NCBI GenBank assembly: GCA_002633005.1
Contig: NMRA01000128.1
Span: 731,482-795,481 of the forward strand
Length of the DNA stretch: 64,000 bases
Reading direction: 5' to 3'
Source of the DNA: Phoronis australis
Taxonomy: Eukaryota; Animalia; Phoronida
The position numbers and the translations under genes are program-made. Position 1 is the first letter of the stretch. Every line of letters begins with the position of its first letter. Below, piece by piece: positions 22,801 to 37,800 of this stretch. The notes beneath the pieces were generated by a model. It was not told the origin of the DNA and ran no database searches. It worked only from the letters and a program-made list of their open reading frames with translations.

Positions 22801-25800
22801 CTGGCTTGGTATTTCAGCCCTCAACCATAAAGCAGTGTCTGATTAACCAACACCAAGCCCAATACAGAACTTTAGAGGCAGTCAACACTATATGTATAAC
22901 TTCGTAAGACACTACAAAAGTTAAAATTATAATTAACAAAATCTGCAAAAAACTTTAAATAACAAACATTTCATGGAGTCACCTAGCTTGCTTAATTAAC
23001 TGACTAATCTACTTTGTCATTCTAACTTTAAACTTTTGCAAGTCAACCTATAAAAAAGCAATTTAATTTGCTTAATAAAGACAATTTTGATTTTGACTGA
23101 CATCTAGTGGCAAGTTAGAACTTTATGAGCTTATTAAACTTGACAACAGGTGTCACTAAAAACTAGGTCACATCAGAACTCATGTTAGTAGTACTTAATA
23201 TGTCTAATTGATAGTAAAATCGGCATTGGTATTATTAAAGGAACTTTTGATCTTTTGTTTGCTGCTCTGGGTCTGTCAAATGCTTTGGAGAAATTATGAG
23301 ATGCATTGGTAGGAAAGCTAAACTTTGAAGTGCCTAAGAAGTAGGTCACACCAGTGCAGTGTGCAGTTTTAAACCATATATAAATACCTCCAGCATAACC
23401 ATGCTTATGGGTAGACACAAAACAATGTCAATAACTGACATTCAACATTTGCGTGGAGTTTGGAATTTATAATGTGGAGAACACTGTGTACATGTATGTG
23501 CTTCAAGCACGCGGCTATTAAACATCACTGCAGAAACGAAATAGTTTAGTGCTGCGACGCCACGCCACTTGCATGACAAGGCTAAAAATCGTTCAGTCCG
23601 CCATTTTTTCACGGTGTTGTAAAGCTAACCAATGACTGCCGAGATTACATCGACCAATGCTAAAGCGCGTGCCATTGCGTGATACCTGCGTGCTGGCTGG
23701 GCTGAGCACGCAGGGAACCAGCGAGCTATGACCTCTGCAACTCGTGAAGCTTGCACGCGCGCACTTTAGCAAGATGAAATAGTTGCAATCCAAGTAGAGG
23801 CTGCGTGGTCACTGGTCGTCTGCGCTCTACACTACAGGGCTAAATAACAAGACCGCAGGACGGCACGGGGCTATTACTCAGCAATTCTATAAATTTAATT
23901 GTGAATAACTAATCTGAGGGCATGATAACTTTTGTTAGGATCATCCGCTGTTATGACATTTTTCCCGTCATGTGGCGACGTGACGATAACGCTCTTTGAA
24001 AAGTGCTGCGCGTTCCGAGTAGGCCTACGTCAACATGTGTGGTGTGGGTACTTAGATCACGAGGTAAGATTAACCGCCCAGGGCGCTTGCCTGTCGTAAT
24101 AAGCGCCCATGTTCGGTTAACCGCCCACCCTGGATTTTTTGAAGTTTCACGTTTAAGCGCCCATGTCTGGTTAACCGCCCACCCCCGATTTTTTGGGTTT
24201 GCCAATTTAACCGCCCAGGGCGTTAACCCGAACGTTTACGGTAGAATGTCAGGAAGTTGATCTTCACAGGCATGACCAAAAATGATATGGACAAGCAGTC
24301 TTGTTGAGATGCGTGAAGTGAGCTCTGGCTCCCCTTGTCACATGCCAGATGATCTAATGTTTTCCTAGTTGCATCTTGTTAACTTCATTGACTTCACTCA
24401 GGTGTTTATTGTTTAGACCACCTGCTTGCTGGTGGTGATATTATCATAATGATATGTTCATTGCAACTTTGTAGCCTTCTGCCTTGATGCTGCTTAACAT
24501 ACCTAGGTCAGACTTTTTGTCAATTCACCTATTTCTAGACTGTTTGACACTGAAGACAAACGTGATTTTCCAGTTTTATTTTATTTTTGATGAATTAAAC
24601 TTGTGAACGTCTATGCTCACTTGTACACCCAATCGACAGTTCTTGTCCCTTTAAAGCTACAGTAGCTACCTGTAACTGAAACCAGTCAGGCTCTTTCGTT
24701 TTAACTTAACTCTGGCGAGCGGAGCGTTAATGTACACTGCTAAGTGAATTGCACTGTGACGGTAGTCATCGGCATCAAAGTTAACGGTAGATGACACTGT
24801 CGTCATAGCAGTAATCATCAGGTAGCTCTAACGCATTCCGTGTGTGCCAGGATTTTTTTAATGTGACAATTTGAGAACATTTGCATGTGCTATTTGACAT
24901 AAAACGTTTTCTAATTCAAATTGGTGATTATTAGAACAAAGTATTAGCAGCTATTATAGACGACACTGCTCTTTAATTGTTGATAATAGCAGTGGCTCCT
25001 GGCGATAACTCCAATGAGACTGAAGTTCAGCATCCATGCCGCACTGCAGCATCGGTGCTCCACTGTTAAGTCTACCTTCTTACTACGAAGTTAACTGACC
25101 GCAACTCCCCAAAATGTCGATGTTAGTATGAAAGGGTCCGTGGACTTTCCATGTTCTGCTGTTTTATTGGTTTGTGAGTTGGCTAACCTACTATAAGCGT
25201 TTAGACTAATGCCAATACAAGTTCCTACCCATTACTTTTGAGAATTTTGAATTAAGCTCCTCTAAGCGCCCACTCGTAATCTGTAAAGTACACAGAAATC
25301 AGATAAAACCAAGGCCCTTTCAGTCTGGGCGGAGCGACAGCATAAACTTCGAAGTTAACTGAACTGTTCATATCGACTTCGGTACTTACCGGACATCGAA
25401 GTAAACGTTACGTGACGCTGTTCTCATCGAATTAATCGCAAGGTAACGCTGATGCATTGCGTGCACACCAAGATTTTTTTAATGTGACAGTTTGAGAACA
25501 TTTACATATGCTAATTGACATAAAATTTACTTCTTATTCGATAGGTGACTGAGCAAAATATAAGCAACTATTAGCGACGACACTGCCTTTTAATTTTTGA
25601 CGATAATGGTGGCCCCTAACAAGAACATCAGTGAGACCGAAGTTGACCGTTCATACTACACTGCAGCGTCGACGCTCTGCTGTAAACCATCTGTTTACTG
25701 CGAAGTTAACTGTGCTGTTAACTTCGATCCAGGACCGATGTTAACCTTTCATACTGATTGCAATTCCCCAAAACATCAAGCCATCGACATTAGTATGAAA

Positions 25801-28800
25801 GGGCTTGTAGAGTTACAGTGTAATTACTACCAGGAGTTACGGGCATGGCCATGGACATTGTCTATTGTTTAGCGTCTTTTGCAGTGCTTTAAAAGTGCCG
25901 CCTAGTTGAACTTGACACTTAACAGAACTACAGTTAGTCAGTCTCCCATTCTGCTTTACCACTAATTTCTTTTGCTATAAAAGAATAATTGTGTTCTTGC
26001 CAATCCCGGGCCTTGTTTACCTCCAGTGCCAAAGTGACTGGCATGCTAGAGCGACTTTGTGTGGCTGACTTATTTTTTCATGGATGGCATTTATTCTGTG
26101 AGTGCAAGGGAGCAAACTCATATTATCCGATAATCAAAATTCTCGTGAAGTGCAAGTATTTTGAGTCTTTATTTCATGCAAAAACTAATCATTGATTATA
26201 TAACCAACATAAGTCATGTAAATTTTGTCTTGTGAAAGTTGTACTTGATCATTCCCACAAATGCAACGGCTTGTGGTAGTTTTTTGACGGAAACTTTTTC
26301 ATTCACTTGAAATGAGAAATTTGAACTGCAAACAAAAGGAGTAATTTAGCAGTTGGCATTATGTAGCTTTGCATCTTCATCAATTTTGAAGACATTCATA
26401 AGTCGGATCAATCCTAGAATTTTGGAAGACATTTTTTATGTGTACTTTATCCTATTTCAAGAAGCATGTACTTGGGTACTGGGATTCACTTTGGGTTAGG
26501 GAGTGCTGATTCAAGTTTCAGATCAGCAACTGGCCCTCTGGCAAATTTTTTAACCTTGTGTTTGCAGACTTCTATTTTGAAGGTCATAGGTGGTCAGGTA
26601 GACTGTCCGACTCAGTTGCAGGTGAACACTTATTCCCATTTTCTTGAACTTTCCAATCTAAGTATGCTACCATTTCTAGGCTTTCCAATGTAAGCAACCA
26701 GATTGTTACCTCAATCGTTTACCAGTAAATACAGTTCACCCAGATCTGCCATTTGGATAAATATTAGGCTTTGAATTCTCAAACATTTTAGTGTTAAACT
26801 CTTGTGTTCTGGTTATTGTGCATCCTGTAATATTTAGATCTTCAGTTTAATGCCCTGAGTTTCAACCTCCACGAATATGTCTGTACTATTTTTCTCTCAA
26901 CTCAAAGAAGTAGAATTTGGTATAAGTCATCCATTTGTACCTACACTGTACTTGTAAAGACTAGTCATTACCATGGTGATAAAACTGAAGTCTTGTCTAA
27001 CTGATTAATATGCTGTCTTGGTTAGGGATTTCCAGTCGGAGCTGTTCACTGCAGTAAACTTGAATTCATTCATGAGTAGATGTGCAATATTTGCAATGCG
27101 CTTCTATTCTAAGTCTGTGTTCTTAGAGTTATTTGTAGGGTAACTGCTCTACAATTTCACTCAAAATTATTTTGTCAAAAGCTGGGCTTGTGCAAAATAA
27201 GCAGAATGGCTAGAAGTCTTTCAAAAACTAAATGCAAAATGAACAGGAAGTCATCAACCATTGTGTGGATTTAATAGAATGTCAATCCTTGGTGCTAATA
27301 TACGTGAAAGAGTATGTTTTAGAAAATGCATGGTAAGTTGAACATTACTACAAGCTAAAATCATATTGGAACTGCGGATACACACTGAAACTTAACAGAT
27401 GGATCAACTTGTAAAATGGTCCTTTGTGAATCCAGTTTATCCTAGCAGTGATGTTAACTCAAATGGTTTTTAACAGAGACCAACCTGAAATGTGATTAAC
27501 CTTCCATGAGATAATTGTGCACACTGCTGGACATTTTTATTGCAGGTAAATTCACAGGCAAGTACAGATATCAATTGATTTGAGAAATTTTAGAAATAAG
27601 CCAACATGTGTTCGTTTGTTACGGGTGAAATGATCAGAAAGTAAAAATTCCTTCATCGGATCATGTGTGAAATAACAGGACGGTAAAATATTTACATTGA
27701 ATTTGGTAAATAATTTTAGGTGTGCAAATTAATTTTCAGCAGAATATGTGAGATTGTAGAGCGGTTGACATAACCTTTAGAGAAAACAATTAACGACAAT
27801 ACTTCACTTATTTGCAGAAAAAGTATTGACAAAAACTGTCAGTTTTTCCATTTTCTAAGGCTGCATACCTTGCTGCAGGTGATTGAAACATTACCAAATG
27901 TTGTTTTTAAGATATCTATGCAGTACAAACCAAGCTTATGAAATTCATTTTTTTTTATCTAAATATTTTTGTTAGGAAATATGGCAACATAGAATTTCAG
28001 TTCTCAGTCGTGCCATTATGTGCTGAATAGGTGACGAATTACAGTATTTCTAGTCATTTTACTCGTCTTTAGTCGTGCGGAACATATTACTTGAGGTTGT
28101 CTTTGGTAATTAGGAAGCCAAGAAAACGAGGAAAAGAGATGTTTTGTTTCAGATTTGTCCTCCAAGTACTTCTCTGTGTGAGAATGGTCTGCTTATAGGT
28201 CATGTGTGGCATGTGAACATTCGCAAATGTAAGGTGAACGCGTTTTATCTTTCAGACACCCCTCCAGCTGATCAGCAAGAATTGTTCATTAAAAAGTTGC
28301 GCCAGTGTTGCGTCGTGTTCGACTTCATGGATCCCGTGAGCGATCTGAAGAGTAAGGAAGTAAAACGAGCGTGCTTGAACGAGCTTGTGGATTACATCAC
28401 TACAGGCAAGGAAGTACTGACGGAGTCCATATACCCAGAAGTCATCAAGTTGGTGAGTGAAAATATTCGGATATATGATTAAAATCTAGTTTGTAGCTAC
28501 TAGTGTCAGCGAAAAACACTTTTCTTTCAAAAACCTCCTGCACCAAATCATTAGTGTCTTGTGACAATGTAATCACATGCAGTGGGTTAATTGTGAGGTG
28601 GTGAGTTGGGAGCGGGGAATGATGTTCTGTGGAGTTGCAGGGAGAGCAGCCTGTCCCATGACTATAATAGTATTATACACCATTGGTGGCACTATTTTAT
28701 CTACTTGAAAGCCACATTTTTGAGAAATTAATGGTTGTGACATCAGCACTATTTCGGGTGGAAATAATTACTGAAATTATCTTTTTTCATGTTTCTGATG

Positions 28801-31800
28801 TATGTATCCAGAGTTTTGTATAGTTGCTCATGGTCTTGCTGCATGCAGTTGCTGTCCGATACAACAACACGGACATGGCAAAGTACTAATGATTTTGTAA
28901 TCTAGGATTGAAACTAAGTTTGTGTTTGATTGCCTTCTGTCTTTACTAGAAACTGGAAACTTCAGTTGGGGGGACTTAGAAAAGCTGCTATTCTATCTGT
29001 ATTCAATTAATGACATGTGGTGTGAGCACTTGGCTGAGTAGTATGCATAAGAGTATTTTTTGCTGTTCCACCTTTGTCAACAATTGCTCTAGTTAGAGGA
29101 AGTTCTGGCCTGTTTGGAGGCTGGAATCCTGCAGGTTTTTACTGTTATCAGAACTCGTGTTAGTTGAGCGGGATTTTTATCAGTCAAGCGTCGGTACTAT
29201 CCTGCTACGTTTAGGTGTATTTTGCGAAGTCGTCGCTAGAGGTTGCACCCACCTTCTACCATTATTGATTGAGCATGAATCAAGTATGCCATCTAACGTT
29301 TACTGAAATAACTTTTTGAAGATGAAACTTAGACCAAGGAGTGTACGAGTATAGGAGAGTTCACTCCGCCATTTTACCATTCGCCGCAATGGTTACCGGT
29401 CGAAACACTAGCGCTCCAAGCGGTGAATAATCAATACTTACTTAGGAGCGCAGTCCGAACAATGTAAACACTGATGAATTCATACTTTAATGACGTTCAA
29501 CGTGCAATAAAATTACTGTGTGATTGAAAATGGTTAGAATACGTAAACTAACATCCACTTATAATCGAATGAGAATGAAAATGTGTATTTTAATCAATAT
29601 TAAAGTGTATTTGTTTTTATTCTTTTGAAGCTCCCTTCAAAATCTATCACGGTTTTGTTTCATGTTTGAGTTCTTAACAAGGCAAATTATCTTTCCTTAT
29701 AACAGTTCATACCTCCATGGACAATAAAATTTGAATGATTGCTCCTGGGGGTTCAGAGGGTAATTCCCCACAGGTGACAGCTAAGGGGGTACAAGGCAAA
29801 AACCATGTGGGCGCCAAATGGGTGTTGACCATCTCCCAGGGGGGTTACATGGGAGGAGTGCTAAACAGGTAAAAACCAATGGGGTATGCCACATGGGTGT
29901 TGAGCCATTCCCATTGTCATAAATTTTGGTTGCTCCCCTGACCATTGACAAACATGTTGCTCCCAGCTCACTGCTGGTTTCACCTCCACCCAATTTCGCA
30001 TGTGTTCCTTATTCAATGCACCAGGATACTAACAATGTGAATAATTGTTTGGTGTAGTGGGTGTTACACATGTAAGAAGAAGAAAGCAATTCATCACTAC
30101 CACAAAATCGTAATATAATTTTAGAACATCCCATTATTTCTTAGACATTCCAGCATAGGGTAAACTCGATTGCACTCTCCCACGCGCGCACCCAGGGGGC
30201 TCGGGGGGCTTGAACGAGACAAAAAGTCCGAGAAAATGGGACAAAAGTCCACTAAAGAAACGGAAACGCGCAATTCACAGTGGTGGTCCCCGTTTTTTTT
30301 TTTTTAGTCCGCCCACTCACTTGTTAGCAAAAGGTCTACATCGTCGGGAATTCGAGCCCCCCCCACATTGAGTATATCCCCACCATAACCAGTCCAAGCT
30401 CAAAATGTCATGACAAAAAAGTTAAGAGGTGCTAAACAGCAATCAAAATATTCACTAGCCACACAACTTCATACAAAACTGAATTAAAAAGACTTTTAAT
30501 GGATGATAAAACTAAAATTTTTATTTTCTATACCCACTGTTCATATTATCAATAACAGTAAATATTTCAGGTAAGCTAAAGCTAGACCACAAGATCATAT
30601 TTGTTACTTAGCCACAACTGGAGCTTAAATTAATCACAATCTCCAAAAACGTACAAAATAGGCAACACATACACCAATACAACAAGAAAATCTAACCAAC
30701 CTTCTCACTCTCTATTCACTAGAAAACAACAGCTCTTTTTGCCAACGAAATGCGTTGAAGCTGATAACTAATTTACTCACAGAGGTGTTTCAGTGTCATT
30801 GAGAAGCAAAATGATATGGATAGCTTGGGTTTAACAAAATGTCAGCCCACCATTCAGACTCTAAAAGACCCATCAGTTTCACTTTGGCTCTCTTCAAATC
30901 ACAGGCTAACCATTCATAAAATGTTTCAATCTGATCAACCTTAGTAAAATACGAAAACCAGATTTTGACTAATTGTCCTTTCTACACGTGATGTTCCAGT
31001 ACTTGCTTTGTGAGACGATAATCAGAAATGCAAAAAGCCTATTCCACAGCTGTAACATAATTTCCGTAGAACTTTTTGACGTCTTCATTTTTGGTGGACT
31101 GGGGACATCAAATACTGCTCGGGCACTGCATTCAATACCAGCTTGTTCTTCATTCATCAACATGGACTCCTCGAAGTGATGAGAGCATAAGTTGCAGTTC
31201 TTGGACAAGTAGGATGCACTCTATTCATAAGGTCGGCTCCCAGTGCTTGCACCTGAACAGAAATCAATGAGAGACTCAGGAACAAACCTCATACTCACCA
31301 GGTTCACAGAGACTGGTAGCCTACACTAAACTACACTACAGAAGTCCTGTCGTACTGTGATTGTGATAGAGACAAAAGCGTCTTGGTGTCAACTAAAAAA
31401 ACTAGGACTCAAATGTCGATCCACGGATATTTTAAGGGCTGCACAACTTTTCACCGAGACCCACAGATTCTCTGACTTGACTAATGAAAGACTTAAAAGG
31501 CCCTGTGGCCTGTGGCTGTGATTGTGCCATGGCCGTGTCACCACGATTCATATTCACCCATGGCCATGGGAATGTTTTCCTAAAATTATCCCTGCGATCG
31601 TTAGAGTGACATTTTGATTTGGAATACATGGACTGCAAGTATCCAAAAAGCTGACGATCACATCGTACGTTAATCATAGTCCTCTTCCGCCGGCTGCCCA
31701 GTAGGTCTAGCCTACACTGCAGACAACAGACAGTGCCGGGCACCGGGACTGCGATCGACTTGTCTAACAACCGTGAACAGAACACACAAAATGAAAGACA

Positions 31801-34800
31801 ATGTATCATATTATTGAATAACAGATAATCCTTACCTTTCTGGATCCTTAGGAAACCTACAAAATGACACGTGTGGGGTTTTCGTGGATCAGTTCATGCA
31901 ATTTATCGCACTGCAAAATGCGTCAGTCCCCATTGTTTTGGCGCTTCCTGGTTGACCGTAGCTTGTTCACCACTTGGCGGCGCTAGTAGTAGCGGTAACA
32001 GCGAACTCACAAGTGAACTCTCCTATACTACTACACTCCTTGCTTAGACGCTATGTACCTAGGCATCAAAAGCCTGTTCGCCACCAAGTAGAGATATCTT
32101 GTATGCAGAACTGGAAAAGTGAGCATGTAGCCTCATGGCCAGGAGGTTGGGCAAGCTTTGTTCTTTTTTGAAGCAATGAACATTGTCCTTTCTTGGTAAT
32201 GACTGCAGTGCTGTCTAAACTACTTATCATATTATTCTGATGTTCGAGGACTTACTGTTGGAATACAGCAAACCCTAATTAACACATATGAACTGAGTAA
32301 TTGTTGACACAAACCCACTCAACATATTGTTGTCTGCTCACTTCTTCAACGTTTAACACTTAAAGTTATCACAACTAGTGTTTAATCTGAATGCCATGGA
32401 AAACTGAAAAACATACATAGTAATATCTGCTTTATTGGCCTTTTATACAAACTAATTGACATTTTTATTGCACTGGAGATGCTTATCGTTTGGTAAATGG
32501 TCGCCAGTTCTACTGTGTAAGCGATGTTCGTAATAAGTGGCAGAATAGATTGGTTTGTAGAGGTATCTGGTGCTTTCCTCTACAGCCGACTCTGATATGC
32601 GATACACTCAATTGCAGTTGAGCATTCCTGGCCATTTTTTATTCTATGTCATTATCATTCATCAATACAGTTGGCTTTTGGGTATTGTGTTTGTTTGAGT
32701 ATGCAAGACTAAAGTTAGAGTAGGTCAAGGTGCTGGCTCACAAACTGTGTCTGCCTGATTATTATGCCACTGCTAATTCATGCATGCTGCTGGCTATTAC
32801 TGCTCCCACACTTATTTCCTTATGTCAAAGTCAGGCACAGTTTCCTTTAGAAGGTGTTCACGTCAGGCAGTCTACATGGCCAGATGGCAAACCGCAGTTG
32901 ACTGTGGCCCATTTGATGTCTGGCCAGACCGTATTAAAAACGTTTTTTTCACAAGCAGGTGCAATTTGGTCATTTATCACACTGGTCATTGAAATTCAAT
33001 GTTTCATCTTTTTAATACTTTATCAAAATATATGGCTATATGCATACTTCATGAAGTCATTGACAATGTATTTGCTCTGTATAAGGACTCTGTCTCTGCT
33101 TTTTGATCGCCTTGCAATTTTGTCAAGTTTGGCAAACCTTCATGTATTTCACAAACCCTCTTGTTCTCCACAAACCCTGTTGTGTTAAGTGCTTTGACAG
33201 CTAATTCATTATCTCTAACCTGACTAACTCCTTGCTGACCAGTTGGCTGACCATTGGCTTCAACCTTACAAAATGGCTGCTGTACAGGTGAATTATGGTG
33301 TAACATTGATTGCAGTGCTGTAAATTGTGTGATTCGTAAAAGCCAACAAGAAAGGAAGGAGAGGGAAAATGAATCTTTAACTAACTGTGTTTGTACAAAC
33401 TAATCTGTTTACAAAATGGCAAGGCATAAAATGGGCTGGTGACGTCAGATGACACTAGCAAATGATGGTTGACGGTAGCTGACACTGTCAAATCAAGTTC
33501 ATTATTGTGTAAATGCAGTCATGTATTTTTATGCTGTGGCATTTACACTAGGCTTTCCAGGTAGCAGTCTCTTCTGTTGCTTATATATGTGTCTAATGCA
33601 GAAGAGAATCTGTACTGACATTACTTACTCTAGTTGAACTCACTGTGACATCACAACTCCATTTGCCATGTATGTCAATGACCTTAATTGTTTATGCAGC
33701 ATGGTTAGGGTGATGGTTACTTATGGTACATGAGCTTCAAATGCAAACCTTCAAGGGAGGTCTTGTGCTGACTGACAGAACAAGGTATAGTTAAGTCTAA
33801 GCTACAGGACCTGTGTATTTCAAAGTACTTCTCTCAGTTAAGTCAAACAAAAGCGTATAGTAGGGCAATGGTTATCACTGACTAAAAAAACTAGCTGCCT
33901 AAATCAATTTCAGCCACAATGTCTAGGGTTTTTTTGTTGAAAAGTTACACAAAGTCATGTAAGCAAGGATAGGCAAAGTTTGAAATGCTGTGATTTGCCA
34001 AGTGATGCGTGAAGAACAAATCTTGTATAATTTTTGCTCATCTTAAGTGGATTTTCTCTTGAAAATAATGAGCAACTAAAAAAAAACAAAAAACATGGCG
34101 CTATCAACTCGGTTTTCAAAAAACAAGTCTGAACCTACAACGTTTTTTTGGCCTTACCTTAAATGTTAATTTGACATACAGTGATAGAAGTGTGTAACCT
34201 GTTTGTCCATTTATACTCAGTCTGTGGTATAAATTCAAAATCTATGTATACCAATCCAGGTGGATTGTTTTAAGCCATGAAGTTTATTATCTAGTTTGGA
34301 CTTAGCCATCCCAATTGGGGACAGTTAATCTAGCATGGTTGACCTCGAACTTGTTCTCTTTAGCAGACCTATGTTAAATCAACCTCATGGTTCAAGAAAA
34401 ATTTTTGTCCGACACTGGTAAACTCTGTATCTCCAGGCCTTTATGCAGCCTATGTCCTGGATGCCCTAGTACTAATCTGGAGGCCCTGGCAAGGACACCC
34501 ATCATTTGGACTGATGTTAACAACGGAAGATTACGACTTTTGGACGGATTCGACTACCGGTGTGCCCCCTAGTGGCAATTTTAATTTTTTTACGCTTACC
34601 TTTGTATCTTCACAAGTCCTTATTGGATTTTCATGAAATTTGGTGTGTAGGCACCTGTTAGTGAGGTGACGCTATCCTCCCATTTTCAGATGGATTGGAC
34701 ATAGTTTGCGCCACCTAGTGGCCATTTTTAGTGTTTTCGAGTCTGTTTTTGTGCGTCCACCCCTCTATCAACCAAACCGCTCAAAGGATGATTGTGAAAA

Positions 34801-37800
34801 TTGGCGTGTATGTGCTTACTATAAGGAAGACAGCTGACAATGATTTTCAGATGATTTGGACTACTGTGGCGCCTCCTAGTGGTAGTTTTTTTTTTTTTTG
34901 CGCCCATGGCTGTATCTCCCAAACCGTTTGCAGGATCTTTACTAAATTTAGCAAGTGTATTTATGTGATGTTGACAACGGACGATGACGACTTTAGGATG
35001 ATTCTGACTACCGGTATTCCTCTAGTGGCAATTTTAGTATTTGCCTCTAGTGGCAATTTTAGTATTTTACATTGACCTCTGTATTTTCTTCAGGTGTGTA
35101 CTTTGTGTTACTTCGTGACTATGAAGGAAAAGTTCCAAGTAGAAATTTGTTTCTGGCATTCTAATGCTGTGCTAATCTCGTATGTTGGTAAATTTGTTTT
35201 TAATTCTATGTTTCTGTGGTGCTTTAAGCAACTGGTGTATAGGATGTGCTTGTATTATGAAGATTACTCACATTTTGCCCCTAGCCTATTGAGGAGACAA
35301 GGACCATGCCTTTCCATTTTGCAAAGTACAACATACTACATATATGCCCTCTACTGGCCACTTTATGGTACCAATAAACAACCCTAGAAGGATACCGTAT
35401 GCGGTGCAATTGTGGGCGCATTTCAACGCTCTGCGTTGCTCTTGTTCTCGTGTTGCGGAGTACGATCTAGCGCAGATTTGGACTTAATATATAGTTAATC
35501 CCGACTCCACAGGAACTTAAAAGTCTTAGGTACGCTATTTTGAAAACTTAATGAGGACTTCAGGTAATTTGTTGAGTCAAAACTATAATTTTACTTAAGA
35601 ATTCAATTTGACCTATCGGCGATAGCGAGGCAGCGATGTATCAGTCGGTGAGTTTTTGGCACTGGATTTTTCTGAAAAATGCTCGTAATTTAACAACAAA
35701 ATTTGATGGCAATGCACTGCAATTTTGTAGAAACTCTGTCATAGGTTACGGATGCGTCGCAGAGCATAAATTTGATGATTTCTAGCTTACGATTTCACCT
35801 GTTTCGGAGACCGGGTTTCAACCACTGTTATTAGTTTGGGCTATAATAAGTGCCCCCCTTCCTGAAGCGAATTTTTCATTGTGCCCAGAGCGCTTATTAG
35901 GACGAATACGGTACCTGCGTAAGTACTCGGAAACTCGCTATTCTCCATTACCGGTATTCTTATTTGTATGCGAATGCTCGGAATCGTGCTTTTCTCCTGT
36001 GCGGCAATTTTAGCTGCTAGATACGCCACGGCAAACATCAAACACATTGCAAGCCACATTTCCTGTGGAGTTTAAAAGGTGGGCTGAAAATTTACGTGCT
36101 TCTTGATCTCTTTGTGGAGGTCTCTGGAGGGTTGTCCGGGATCAGGAGGGATAGTGTGATGTATGCCCAATGGGTGAAAAGTCTACTACAGGTAATTTAT
36201 TGTAGGTTTTCAGTGTTTTAAGAGTCTTAAACCGCTGCCGGTGAACTATCACATTTGCCTCCGGGAGTGATTTGCCAACGGGTTTACTGACAGAGTTTTT
36301 ACAAACTCTTTACCAGTTTAATTCAGTTGCTAAATGCTCTTCAAAAACGCAAGAGCAGTAGTTACCAAAGCCGATGACAGGAGTGACCTAGAAAAGTGGG
36401 TTTCTTTAATGGGATCTGAGTAAATGCGAATGCTCAGTTAACAAATTTAAAAGGGGATTTAGGTAAACAGTTAAAGGAGAATGCCACCCAAAAAACAACC
36501 TATTTTGTATCAATTTCGATCGAGTAGTTCCACTCAATAACAGGTTCAGTTGTTTTACCTGATGGCAGACGGAGGTGTTGAAATTAACCAATGACGTAAT
36601 CGGTTCGAACGCAGTCTGTTCAGCCGTTCACAACACGCTTACTGGTGTCAACTTATTGCTTGAATTCAACGTTTTACGACCATAAATCATCAAAATTGGA
36701 TGTAAAACCCTTACAAATACATCGAGTTCTTGAACAAATGTGTTGTTTTATTTTACCGTTATGGATTTATAAATATTTGAACATACGGTAGCCTACAGAG
36801 TTCAGTAGGCCAATTTACCATGGTCGGTCGCCAGAGTATGGGTCTGTTTGGTGATAAATTCGAATCATTCTTCTGTGAAATACAGACAGGAGAAAATATC
36901 TGTGTATTGTAATTTTAGACTTGCGATTTTGTTCAGTTCTATACACACAAAATGCTTGTTATCCCAGCCAGTGGCTCGGAACCAGATCAGGCTCGTCTCA
37001 GCCGCCAGCAGGATTGGATATCAACGAACATAAACCATCTTAAGTTGGAAGCTAAACCTCTAGTCACGAAACGACTATAATAGTAAGCCAAAGAAATAAT
37101 GTGCACATAATTATTTTGGTGAATTAGCCACGAGACTGAAAAGAAAATCTACATACTTGTCGGGGGCCTGAGAAGTCGCTGAGGTTCCCCTTCCACAGAA
37201 CCGTCAGGGCAAAGGTTGTACAATAACAATGATTTGAGTTATGTATTTGTATATCTAGATAAAGATTCCTCAAACATGTGACCATAGCATATTTATTAGA
37301 TCGAGTTATTGTTTCACAACAACTTTCTGTCAGCAAACACTGAATTAGCATGCGCTCACACGGCTCGGTGCCCGGTCAATTAACTTTGTTGCATCTAAAT
37401 CCAGTTATGTACTTTATTGATTTAACTCTGGTCTGAGCGGATCGTCTACGAAAAGAGTGCAGTTAACTGGACGGTTCATACTGGCTTCGGTAGTTAATGA
37501 ACATCGAAGTAAACAGTAGCTGTCATCGTCAAAGTTATCGCAAGGTAGTGCTGCACGCTAAGATTTTTTGCAATGTTACAATTTGGAAACATTTACATGT
37601 GCTAAATGACATTAAACTTATTTTTGAATCGATTGGTAATTATTAAGCCAAAATATAAGCAGCTATTAGAGATAGCACTACCTTGTAACTGTTGACGATA
37701 ACAGTGGCACCTGGTGATAACTTTGATTGGACCAAAGTTAAGCGTTCATACTGCACCGCAGCGTCGACGCTGCGCTATTAAATCCACCTGTTAACTGCGG

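Noticed and set aside
32730-33188. 152-aa ORF in PPP2R5 intron 2
   Set aside because: GTG start, low-information hydrophobic translation, no homology recognised.
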